Position numbers and translations under genes: made by a program. Of a stretch of 64,000 nt of DNA, positions 18,803 to 26,351 are shown piece by piece (the stretch's first letter is position 1; each line of letters starts with the position of its first letter). A model generated the notes under the pieces. That model had not been told where the DNA came from and searched no databases. It worked only from the letters and a program-made list of their open reading frames with translations. The stretch comes from Pseudoxanthomonas sp. (GTDB taxonomy: Bacteria > Pseudomonadota > Gammaproteobacteria > Xanthomonadales > Xanthomonadaceae). The stretch covers positions 172,164-236,163 of the forward strand of contig NZ_JBQCIJ010000046.1 of assembly GCF_051953815.1 (NCBI RefSeq), written 5' to 3'.

Positions 18803-20055
18803 GTGGAGCGATCCGTTTCCCGGGGACGGAAGCGCAGCGCGTCGCGCCAACAGGCCAGCACCGCCGCGCCGCTCGCGGTCCAGGCCAGGGCAAGCGCGGC
18901 GCCCGCGACGCGGGTAAAGGTGGGTTGCCAGATGGCCAGCAACAGCAGGCCGGCCGATGCCAGATGGGCGCGCAGCAGCCACTGCTTGCGCTTATCGTCC
19001 AGCAGGCGATCCACGCCGGGGACGCGCACGCCGCGCGGATGTCGACGGCGCAGTTCGATCCAGGCCAGGAAGCCGACGATTTCCAGCAGCATGCCCAGCA
19101 CCAGCAGTGGCAGGCCGATGGCGATCACCAGCGCGCCGAGCGCGAGCAGTCCGCGCGGGGACAGGGCCGGGGCGAGACCGAGCAGGCAGGCGAAGGCGAG
19201 GGCCACGCAGCCGGCCTGCCAGAAACGCCGCAGCACCGGGTTGCGCCGGTGCGGCGCGCGCGCCTGCAGAACCAGCACGGCGATGCAGAACACCAGCCCG
19301 GGCAACGCCAACGCACGCGCCGGAAGGCCGGATGGATCGGACAGCGCCGCGCCACCGGTCCAGGCGAGCGCCAGCAGCAGCGTGCACAGCCACGCCAGCA
19401 GCAAGGGGGCGGGAATCCGCCGCGTCCCCTGCAACATCGGCATGGTGATGCTGGCCACCGCGCCCAGCAGCGCGAGCGCCCAGCCCGCCAGTCCGAGCGC
19501 GGCATGCAGATTGGCGATGCGGTCCAGCGGCAGCGCCCACAGCCCGGACAGCGCGGCCAGCAGCGCCAGCCCCAGCGCGATGGTGACCAGCAGCGACGCC
19601 AATGCGATGCCGATACCCAGGCGCGGCGCGCGCGGGCCGCTTCCCCGCATCACCGCGATCAATCCGCTGACGGCGAACAGGGCCAGCGGCGGCGCCAGCA
19701 ACACCGACGAAGCGCCGGCGAGCGCACGTGACGGAAAAACCAGCGATGACAGCAACAGCAGCAACCCGGCGTTGAGCGCGACGTGCAGCCAGTTCGCCTG
19801 GCGCGGCAGCGACAACGGACATCCGGCGGCCACCGGCAGGAACTGGAACAGGCTGCCGATCATCGCGTTGCCCAGCACGCCGAGGGTGAACAGGTGCGCC
19901 AACACCAGCGTGTGCGGCGCCCAGCGCGTCAGCAGCGCGGTTTCGCCGGTCCACAGCAGCCACAGTCCGGCGCCGGCGCCCCAGGCCAGCGAGGACAGCA
20001 GGAAACGCAGCGGTTGGCCGGGAGGCGGCGCCTGGGCGAACGCCAGCCCGCTCAT
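18799..20055 (-). CDS. 12-TM integral membrane protein, possibly NnrS-related
   Basis: 418 aa from MSGLAFAQ. The ATG overlaps the DUF2249 stop (ATGA). It is highly hydrophobic with two repeated halves, each carrying a His/Gly motif (HTLVLAHLFTLGVLGNAMIGSLFQFLP; NLHAALGLAGWALALLGAVASITMPMLQG) reminiscent of NnrS. The functional call is weak. Confidence 0.55.
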   Translation of the reverse strand: MSGLAFAQAPPPGQPLRFLLSSLAWGAGAGLWLLWTGETALLTRWAPHTLVLAHLFTLGVLGNAMIGSLFQFLPVAAGCPLSLPRQANWLHVALNAGLLLLLSSLVFPSRALAGASSVLLAPPLALFAVSGLIAVMRGSGPRAPRLGIGIALASLLVTIALGLALLAALSGLWALPLDRIANLHAALGLAGWALALLGAVASITMPMLQGTRRIPAPLLLAWLCTLLLALAWTGGAALSDPSGLPARALALPGLVFCIAVLVLQARAPHRRNPVLRRFWQAGCVALAFACLLGLAPALSPRGLLALGALVIAIGLPLLVLGMLLEIVGFLAWIELRRRHPRGVRVPGVDRLLDDKRKQWLLRAHLASAGLLLLAIWQPTFTRVAGAALALAWTASGAAVLACWRDALRFRPRETDRST

Positions 20056-20306
20056 GCGATCCGCGGCGGTTCCAGCGCGGCGTGATCGTCGCCGTGGCAG
20101 ATGGCGATGCAGGCGTCGCCGGCGGGCAACTCGTGCACGCGATAGGCGTAGCCCCAGGCATCGAGCAGGGACATCAGCGGCAGCGGACGGAACGGCGTGA
20201 ACGCGACCAGTCGCCCGCCGCGCGGCAGGGTTTCCAGGCTGGCGAGGATCCGCTGCATCGGTTCCGGCGGCGCGAGTCCGCGCAGATCGAGTCGGGTCAG
20301 AAGCAT
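20052..20306 (-). CDS. DUF2249-like (TusA-fold) small protein
   Basis: 84 aa, MLLTRLDLRGLAPPEPMQRILASLETLPRGGRLVAFTPFRPLPLMSLLDAWGYAY, typical of DUF2249 proteins found in NO-responsive clusters. SD GAGGA 7 nt upstream. Confidence 0.7.
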   Translation of the reverse strand: MLLTRLDLRGLAPPEPMQRILASLETLPRGGRLVAFTPFRPLPLMSLLDAWGYAYRVHELPAGDACIAICHGDDHAALEPPRIA

Positions 20307-20437
20307 GGCGCGTCCTCATTCTTGGAGCCGTCCTCGCCGGCGGGGCAGTCCAACCTCGCGCCCGCGGCGTCGAAGGATTCGCGTATCCAGCCCGCGCAGG
20401 GCGAGCAGGGATCCGGTGGCAGCAACGCTTCGTTCAT
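20297..20437 (-). CDS. unlisted 46-aa four-Cys ORF (MNEALLPPDPCSPCAGWIRESFDAAGARLDCPAGEDGSKNEDAPCF)
   Basis: It fills the sirB2-DUF2249 gap exactly. The ATG lies 4 nt after the sirB2 stop, and the 3' end overlaps the DUF2249 start by 10 nt. Third-codon positions are mostly G/C. It has a CxxC plus two further Cys. It was extracted from a longer shadow ORF (20297-20590). Confidence 0.35.
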   Translation of the reverse strand: MNEALLPPDPCSPCAGWIRESFDAAGARLDCPAGEDGSKNEDAPCF

Positions 20438-20441
20438 GGCA

Positions 20442-20840
20442 CTACCCCAGCAGGGCCAGCAGGCCCATCGGATGGTGGGCGCGCGCGATGCCGTAGACCT
20501 GCAGGAAGCACAGCAGCGCGGCGGCGTACAGCGCGACGCGGGACAGCCTTGCGCGCGCCGGCTGGAAGGCGAGCACGCCCAGCACGACATAGGCGAGGAT
20601 GAAACCGACCTTCACGATCAGCCAGCCATTGGCGAACACGCCGGCGGGCAGGATCGTCAGCAGCATCATCGCGGCGGTCAGCAACACGGTGTCGACGGTG
20701 TAGCTGAGGTAGCGCAACGGCGCGACCCGCGGCCAGCGCATGCCCAGCGACAACCCCAGTCCGCGCAGCGCGAACAGCGTGCCGCTGGTGAGCGCGGCGC
20801 CGATGTGGACCAGCTTGATGTCGGGATAGAAGGTGATCAC
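20442..20840 (-). CDS. SirB2-family membrane protein
   Basis: 132 aa with 4 TM segments (MITFYPDIKLVHIGAALTSGTLFALRG..., LSYTVDTVLLTAA, NGWLIVKVGFILAYVVLG), the SirB2-family pattern. It starts 5 nt after the nnrS stop. Confidence 0.7.
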   Translation of the reverse strand: MITFYPDIKLVHIGAALTSGTLFALRGLGLSLGMRWPRVAPLRYLSYTVDTVLLTAAMMLLTILPAGVFANGWLIVKVGFILAYVVLGVLAFQPARARLSRVALYAAALLCFLQVYGIARAHHPMGLLALLG

Positions 20841-20844
20841 GGCG

Positions 20845-22044
20845 TCAGCCCGGTCGCCCGTCGGCGCGCGGACTCAGGTAGATGCGCCCGATGCGGGTCA
20901 CCCACGGCAGCAGCGCGATCAACCAGCCCGCCGCCGAGGCGACCTGCCAGAACAGCGCGTCCGGCGCGATCTCCGCGACCACCCGCATCACCGCGACGAT
21001 CTGCAACGCGGTGAACGCGAACCAGGCCAGTGCGTGCATCTTCAGCGGCCGCCCGGAATGGCCCTGGGTCACCCGGGTGACCATCGCCACCAGCACGCTG
21101 CCGAAGAATCCGATGAACATCGCATGCATCGGCGCGCGTCCGAGCACGAACTCCCCGGTGAGCAGGTAGATGACGCTCTGCGCGGTGTACAGCGCGAAGG
21201 TGGTGGGCAGCCACGCGGTACCGATGAAGAGCACTGCCAGCAGGCCCGGCATGCGTCCGCGCGGCCACCAGTGCCACAGCGCCACGCCGCTGGCGATCAG
21301 CAGCGCCGCGTCCGGCAGCCACAGCCAGGGGTAGGCATGCCGCAGTTCAAGCACCAGGTGCAGCAGCAGGAAGCCCCACATCGCCCCCAGCCACGCCATC
21401 GGCCGCCACGGCTTGTAGCCGGGCACCACGTTGGCGGCGAAGAACGGAAACATGCGGTGAGCGACCGTCAGGTAGATCGGCAGCAGCATCGCCACGCCGC
21501 CGAGCTTGATGCTGGCGAACGCGTACCACGCGTCGCCGGTCAGCACGAACACCTGGAAGCACGCCAGCCCGGCGCAACCCAGCAGCAGCGCGGCGAAGCA
21601 GGAACGCGCGTGCCAGGTGCGCGCGGTATCGCGCAGCAGCAACCGGCCCAGCGTGGCGACCCCGGCCAGCCAGCCGGCCAGCGCCATCCACAGGCCGACC
21701 GTGAAACCGGCTTCCCAGCCCAGCGTGGACAGCAGGATCGCCAACTGCCCGCCCATCAGCCCGGCGCCGACCGGCGCATACCGCCAGCGCGGCAGATCCG
21801 GCAGGCCCATCCAGCGCGGAAACACGGTGAGCAGGAAACCGAAGATGAAACTCGGCAGCACCAGGTACTGCATCAGGAACGCATGCAGCCAGCCCGGCGG
21901 CACCGCCGTATCCGGCATCCGCCAGCCGCCGCTGTACTGCGACGCCAGCCACGCCGCCCACCACAGCATCGCCAGCAGCACGTTGCCGGCGCCGATGAAG
22001 AACATCAGCCGATGCGGCGCCTGCAACAACTGGCGCGCGGACAT
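20845..22044 (-). CDS. nnrS: NnrS-family haem/copper membrane protein
   Basis: About 399 aa from MSARQLLQAPHRLMFFIGAG (the ORF extends to 22101). NnrS-type N-terminus and multi-TM body with conserved His (HAFLMQY, HRMFPFF, HAMFIGFFGS). The FNR box position favours the 22044 start. Confidence 0.85.
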   Translation of the reverse strand: MSARQLLQAPHRLMFFIGAGNVLLAMLWWAAWLASQYSGGWRMPDTAVPPGWLHAFLMQYLVLPSFIFGFLLTVFPRWMGLPDLPRWRYAPVGAGLMGGQLAILLSTLGWEAGFTVGLWMALAGWLAGVATLGRLLLRDTARTWHARSCFAALLLGCAGLACFQVFVLTGDAWYAFASIKLGGVAMLLPIYLTVAHRMFPFFAANVVPGYKPWRPMAWLGAMWGFLLLHLVLELRHAYPWLWLPDAALLIASGVALWHWWPRGRMPGLLAVLFIGTAWLPTTFALYTAQSVIYLLTGEFVLGRAPMHAMFIGFFGSVLVAMVTRVTQGHSGRPLKMHALAWFAFTALQIVAVMRVVAEIAPDALFWQVASAAGWLIALLPWVTRIGRIYLSPRADGRPG

Positions 22045-22135
22045 GCCGGCGGAAGGACCGGCGGGCGTCGGAGGATGGTTGGAAACGGGAATCGGTCGCA
22101 TGACCGCAGTCTGCGCCGCGGTGTCGGGACCTTCC

Positions 22136-22149
22136 TTGACCTGGATCAG
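22136..22149. promoter_or_regulatory. FNR/ANR box TTGACCTGGATCAG
   Basis: 12/14 match to the consensus. Centre 98 nt upstream of ATG 22044, and only 41 nt from the alternative ATG at 22101. Confidence 0.6.
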
Positions 22150-22211
22150 GCCGAATGCGGATCAACGCCGGTGGATCCGCACCGGCACCGTTCCGCCGAT
22201 GAAGTACGGCA

Positions 22212-22594
22212 CCGTCATCCCGGCTAACGCGGGGACCCATGTTGACGTTCGGCCAGCGCTCGCGGGAGCTCAGGATCCCAATAGATTCCAGCCTGCGCTG
22301 GAATGACGACGGGAACGATGGAATGGGAAAGGGAGTCCCGACGCCGTCGTCCCAGCGCACGCGGGGACCCATGTTGACCTCCGGCCAGCATTCGCGGCAG
22401 CCCGGAATCCCGATGGATTCCTGCTTGCGCTGGAATGACGTTGGGAAGGACGTTGGGAAGGACGACAGGAACGATGGAGTGGGAAAGGAACCCCGACACC
22501 GTCGTCCCAGCGCACGCGGGGACCCATGTTGACCTCCGGCCAGCATTCGCGGCAGCCCGGAATCCCGATGGATTCCTGCTTGCACTGAAGCGAC
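22212..22594. repeat. tandem array (about 3 units) of a REP/MITE-like palindromic element
   Basis: Units at 22212-22308, 22344-22440 and 22499-22594, with periods of ~132 and 155 bp. Units 2 and 3 are near-identical over ~85 bp (ccgtcgtcccagcgcacgcggggacccatgttgacctccggccagcattcgcggcagcccggaatcccgatggattcctgcttgc). Each unit has two short hairpins (GTCCCAGCG/CGCGGGGAC and ATTCCTGC/GCTGGAAT). An internal 12-bp duplication, ttgggaaggacg x2, lies at 22441-22464. Confidence 0.85.
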
Positions 22595-22729
22595 GTTGGG
22601 ATGGATGTGGACTTGGGAAGCCCGTGGACTGGGGATGGATCCCGGATGTCCAGGGGAAGCGGTCGCGACCCACGTCGCTCCTACGGAGTTGACGAAGGGG
22701 GCGGGGAGCGTCGCAAGAGGCGATCCGGC

Positions 22730-22743
22730 TTGATGCGGGTCAA
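22730..22743. promoter_or_regulatory. FNR/Dnr-type box TTGATGCGGGTCAA
   Basis: Left half is perfect; the right half is GTCAA, the same variant as the qNor box. Centre ~85 nt upstream of the ATG at 22821. Confidence 0.6.
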
Positions 22744-22820
22744 TGCCAGGTGCCATGGGCCTGCGTACGTTTGCCGGCACCGGGGCGCTCGCCCCGGCCC
22801 ACACTCAGCAAGGAAACCGC

Positions 22821-23072
22821 ATGTCCGCTCCCGAACACACCGACGAACCGCTCCAGCAACGCACCCGTGCCATGACCCACGCCCTGCGCGAATGGGATCC
22901 CGACGCGGAGGTCCAGTTCGAATCCGCCAGCGGGCGCCTGGCGATCCTCACCACGCTTTCGCCCGAGCGCGTGCGCGAGATCCTGTCCACGGTCGGCGAA
23001 CAGGTCGAGGATGTGCCGGAAGACGCCCGTCGGAGCGGCTGCGGTTGCGGGGGCTGCGGCTGCTCGAACTGA
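22821..23072 (+). CDS. small HMA-fold-like protein with C-terminal Cys-Gly tail (SGCGCGGCGCSN); paralog of 4832-5071
   Basis: 83 aa. SD AAGGAAA upstream. It aligns with the 4832-5071 product (L.E.DP...V......G.L.I.T.......I....G..V ... C.GGC). It is monocistronic, sitting between an FNR-type box and a strong terminator. Confidence 0.65.
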   Translation: MSAPEHTDEPLQQRTRAMTHALREWDPDAEVQFESASGRLAILTTLSPERVREILSTVGEQVEDVPEDARRSGCGCGGCGCSN

Positions 23073-23115
23073 GAGGTTGGAACGCCGCCGCCTTGTCGGA
23101 TTGCAACGATAAGCC

Positions 23116-23144
23116 AAAAAAGAGCCGCTTTCGCGGCTCTTTTT
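23116..23144. terminator. bidirectional rho-independent terminator
   Basis: aaaaa-AGAGCCGC-tttc-GCGGCTCT-tttt: a perfect 8-bp GC-rich stem flanked by an A-run and a T-run. It lies between the convergent Cys-tail gene (+) and qNor (-). Confidence 0.85.
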
Positions 23145-23169
23145 CATTGCGCTTGAAAACCGCCGTGAG

Positions 23170-25443
23170 TCAGCCCTCCGCCGGCACCGCCGCCGGCAGC
23201 GCTTCCCGGCGCGGCGCCACCCATAGCCGGAACACGAACCAGGCCAGGGCGAACGCGCCGACGCTGAACAGCGTGTCCGACGGCACCCGCATCCACACCA
23301 GCATGTCCACGACCGGCTGCTGCATGAACTCGGCCGAGCGGGCGTACCAGTAACCGTGCTTGAGCGCGGCGTTGAGCTGCATGATGCCCAGTGGCAGCAG
23401 GGTGAACAGGGCCATGCCGGCCAGACCGATGTTGAGCGACCAGAACGCGGTCCTCAGCAGCTTCTCGTTCCACACCACGTCCGGCTTGAGGCCGCGCAGG
23501 CAGAACAGCATCAGGCCGATGCCGAGCATGCCGTACACACCGAACAGCGCGGTGTGGCCGTGGGTCGGGGTCAGGTTCAGGCCCTGCATGTAGTACAGCG
23601 GCAGCGGCGGATTGATCAGGAAGCCGAACAGGCCGGCGCCGACGAGGTTCCAGAACGCGACCGCGATGAAGAACAGGATCGGCCAGCGATAACGCTGCAT
23701 CCACGGCGTGGCCTTGCCCATCCGGTAGCTGTGGTACGCCTCGAAGCCGACGTAGGCCAGCGGCACCACTTCCAGCGCGGAGAAACTGGCGCCGATGGCG
23801 ATGACCGCGGTCGGGGTGCCGGTGAAGTACAGGTGGTGCAGGGTGCCCAGCACGCCGCCGGCCATGAACACGATGGTCGCGAACAGCACCGCCATCGTGG
23901 CGGACTTGACCTGCAGCAGGCCCAGGCGAGTGAACAGGAAGGCGATGACCGCCACCGCGAAGACCTCGAAGAAGCCTTCCACCCACAGGTGCACGACCCA
24001 CCAGCGCCAGTACTCGACCATCGACAGGTGCGTGTGCTCGCCCCACATCAGGCCGGCCGCGTAGAACAGGCCGATGGCCACGGTGGACAGGAACAGCAGC
24101 GACACGATGGAGCGCGAATCGCCGCCGTTGCGCATCGCCGGCCACAGGGCACGGCCGACCAGCACCAGCCACAGGGTCAGGCCGATGAACAGGAACCACT
24201 GCCAGAAACGGCCCAGGTCGACGTATTCCCAGCCCTGGTGACCGAACCAGAAGTTGTGCTTCAGACCGAGCTTCTGCATCACCGCGAACCACTGTCCGGC
24301 GAACGCGCCGACCACGATGATCAACAGGCAGACCCACAGGAAGTTCACGCCAAGGCGTTGGAATTTCGGTTCGTGCCCGGAAATCGCCGGGCCGATGTAC
24401 AGGCCCATGCCCAGCCACGCGGTGGCGATCCACAGCACCGCCAGCTGGGTGTGCCAGGTACGGGTCAGCGAATACGGCAACACGTCGGCCAGGGCGAAAC
24501 CGTAGGCTTCCTGGCCTTCAACCTGGTAATGCGCGGTGATCGCGCCGAGCAGGATCTGCACCAGGAACAGCGCGATGACCACCCAGAAATACTTGGCCGT
24601 GGCGCGCATCGACGGGGTGACCTTGATGTCGGCCAGCGGATCCCGCTTGGGCAGCACGTGCGCCAGTTCGTCGCCATGGTTGACCGCGTAGTGCCAGCCG
24701 AGCAGGGCGACACCGGCGATCAGGAACAGCACGCTGAACACCGTCCACAGGAACGCGCTGGGCGGTGGCGTGTTGCCGACCAGTTCGTCGGCCGGCCAGT
24801 TGGCGGTGTAGGTGATCTCCGCGCCGGGGCGCAGGGTCACCGACGACCAGGCGGCCCACCAGTAGAAACCGGTGAGCTGGCGGCGGTGGCCGGCATCGGG
24901 CACGGTGTCGTTGCGCATGGCGTAGGCCTCGCGCAGCTTGACCATCGCCGGGTCCTTGCCGAACAACTGCTCGTAGTGCGCGGCGACGGTGCGGATGGCC
25001 GCGGCGCGATCGGCATCGACCGTCACCGTGCCGGTGGCGGCGTCGTAGGTGTTCGGACGCATCAGCGCCTGCACGCGCTTGGCGTAGGCGGCCTGGGTCG
25101 GGGCGTCCAGCTCCTTGTAGCCGGCGACGCCGGCTTCGCGCCTGGCCCAGATGTCGAGGATGGCCTCGGCTTCGCGATGCAGCCAGTCCGCGCCCCAGTC
25201 GGGAGCGACGTAACCGCCGTGGCCCCAGATGGAGCCCAGCTGCTGGCCGCCGATGGACTGCCAGACCTGGCGGCCGGTCTCGATGTCCTGGCGGGTGTAG
25301 AGAACCTGGCCATCGGCATCGACCACCTGTTCGGGCAGGGGCGGCGCCTGTCGGTGGACTTCGCTGCCGACCCAGAGTAGGACGGCGAACGAGGCGATGA
25401 GCAGGGCGGCCAACCCTGCCCACAGCTTGCGTGTGGAATTCAT
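23170..25443 (-). CDS. norB: quinol-dependent nitric oxide reductase (qNor, single-subunit NorB/NorZ)
   Basis: 757 aa. N-terminal TM plus cytochrome-c-like extension (QDIETGRQVWQSIGGQQLGSIWGHGGYVAPDW), followed by a 12-TM haem-copper-oxidase-type body with conserved His (HLWVEGFFEVF, GTLHHLYF, HGHTALFGVYG). Confidence 0.95.
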   Translation of the reverse strand: MNSTRKLWAGLAALLIASFAVLLWVGSEVHRQAPPLPEQVVDADGQVLYTRQDIETGRQVWQSIGGQQLGSIWGHGGYVAPDWGADWLHREAEAILDIWARREAGVAGYKELDAPTQAAYAKRVQALMRPNTYDAATGTVTVDADRAAAIRTVAAHYEQLFGKDPAMVKLREAYAMRNDTVPDAGHRRQLTGFYWWAAWSSVTLRPGAEITYTANWPADELVGNTPPPSAFLWTVFSVLFLIAGVALLGWHYAVNHGDELAHVLPKRDPLADIKVTPSMRATAKYFWVVIALFLVQILLGAITAHYQVEGQEAYGFALADVLPYSLTRTWHTQLAVLWIATAWLGMGLYIGPAISGHEPKFQRLGVNFLWVCLLIIVVGAFAGQWFAVMQKLGLKHNFWFGHQGWEYVDLGRFWQWFLFIGLTLWLVLVGRALWPAMRNGGDSRSIVSLLFLSTVAIGLFYAAGLMWGEHTHLSMVEYWRWWVVHLWVEGFFEVFAVAVIAFLFTRLGLLQVKSATMAVLFATIVFMAGGVLGTLHHLYFTGTPTAVIAIGASFSALEVVPLAYVGFEAYHSYRMGKATPWMQRYRWPILFFIAVAFWNLVGAGLFGFLINPPLPLYYMQGLNLTPTHGHTALFGVYGMLGIGLMLFCLRGLKPDVVWNEKLLRTAFWSLNIGLAGMALFTLLPLGIMQLNAALKHGYWYARSAEFMQQPVVDMLVWMRVPSDTLFSVGAFALAWFVFRLWVAPRREALPAAVPAEG

Positions 25444-25499
25444 GATGCGGGACTCCGTGGGAACCACAGGCATGTTCCGCCCGCGTCCGGATCCCCTCC

Positions 25500-25513
25500 A
25501 TGACCTACGTCAA
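25500..25513. promoter_or_regulatory. FNR/Dnr-type box ATGACCTACGTCAA
   Basis: TGAC-N6-GTCA palindrome matching the consensus at 11/14 positions. Centre 63 nt upstream of the qNor ATG (25443). Confidence 0.55.
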
Positions 25514-25576
25514 GCCGATGTCATTCGCGTGCGGACGGCGCGCGTCGCGGGGATCAATGCCCGGATGCGCCGGGTA

Positions 25577-26332
25577 TCAGTCGCGCAGTACCATGGACGC
25601 CAGTTCGTGCAGGCGATCCAGGTCGAGGATCTCGACGTCGCGCTGCTTGATGCGGACCAGTCCGTCGCGCTCGAACCGGCGAAGCACCCGGCTCACCGTT
25701 TCCGGCGCCTGGCGCAGGTAATTGGCGATATCGGTGCGCGACATGGTCAGCTGGAAGCGGCGCGAGGAATAACCGCGCGCGGCCAGCCGCCGCGACAGGC
25801 CGATGAGAAACGCGGCCATGCGCTCGTCGGCGCTGTTGTCGCGGGCGAACAGCGAGGCCACGCCGATGTCATGGCTCATCAGCCGGAACAGGTGCTGCTG
25901 CAGGTTGGGCAGGCGGGTGGCGAGCAGGGCGATCTTGGGAAACGAGAACCGGCAGAGCATCACCGTGTCCAGCGCCACCGCGTTGCAGGGATAGCGATCG
26001 CCGTGGATGGCGTTGAGGCCGATCACCTCGCCGGGCAGGTGGAAGCCCAGGACCTGCTCGTGGCCATCGCGATCCACTTGGTAGGTCTTGACCGTGCCGG
26101 CGCGTACCGCGGCGATGGCGCTGAAACTGTCGCCTTCGCGGAATACGTGTTCGCCCGGTTGCAGCGGGCCGACATGCTCCACCAGGACATGCAGATCCAT
26201 CAGCGCGCGCTTGTCCATGCCCTCGCTGAGGCAGGCCTGGGAGAACGCGCAGGTGGAACAGAACGTCAGCGAATCGCCGTCGTCGGAGAGGATGGTGGCG
26301 TCGGTGCGTGGGAAAACGACCGGCGAGCTCAT
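25577..26332 (-). CDS. fnr: FNR/ANR-type oxygen-sensing Crp-family transcription regulator
   Basis: 251 aa. N-terminal C-X2-C-X5-C (FCSTCAFSQAC) plus an internal Cys (VMLCRFSF), as in the E. coli FNR [4Fe-4S] ligands. cNMP-like domain. HTH with the E--SR recognition helix (ETVSRVLRRF). It starts 19 nt after the hemN stop. Confidence 0.9.
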   Translation of the reverse strand: MSSPVVFPRTDATILSDDGDSLTFCSTCAFSQACLSEGMDKRALMDLHVLVEHVGPLQPGEHVFREGDSFSAIAAVRAGTVKTYQVDRDGHEQVLGFHLPGEVIGLNAIHGDRYPCNAVALDTVMLCRFSFPKIALLATRLPNLQQHLFRLMSHDIGVASLFARDNSADERMAAFLIGLSRRLAARGYSSRRFQLTMSRTDIANYLRQAPETVSRVLRRFERDGLVRIKQRDVEILDLDRLHELASMVLRD

Positions 26333-26351
26333 GCGGACGCCCCGGATGAGG

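Noticed and set aside
22212-22594. Possible CRISPR array
   Set aside because: The units are 132-155 bp and nearly wholly repeated, so there are no unique spacers. They contain REP-type hairpins, the same modules recur singly at 62.2 kb, and no cas genes are present.
21347-22804. 485-aa, 149-aa, 97-aa and 85-aa ORFs across 22.2-22.7 kb on both strands
   Set aside because: They are translations of the tandem REP-like repeat units (recurrent ...IPAQAGIHRDSGLPRMLAGGQHGSPRA... peptides). They show no independent coding signal.
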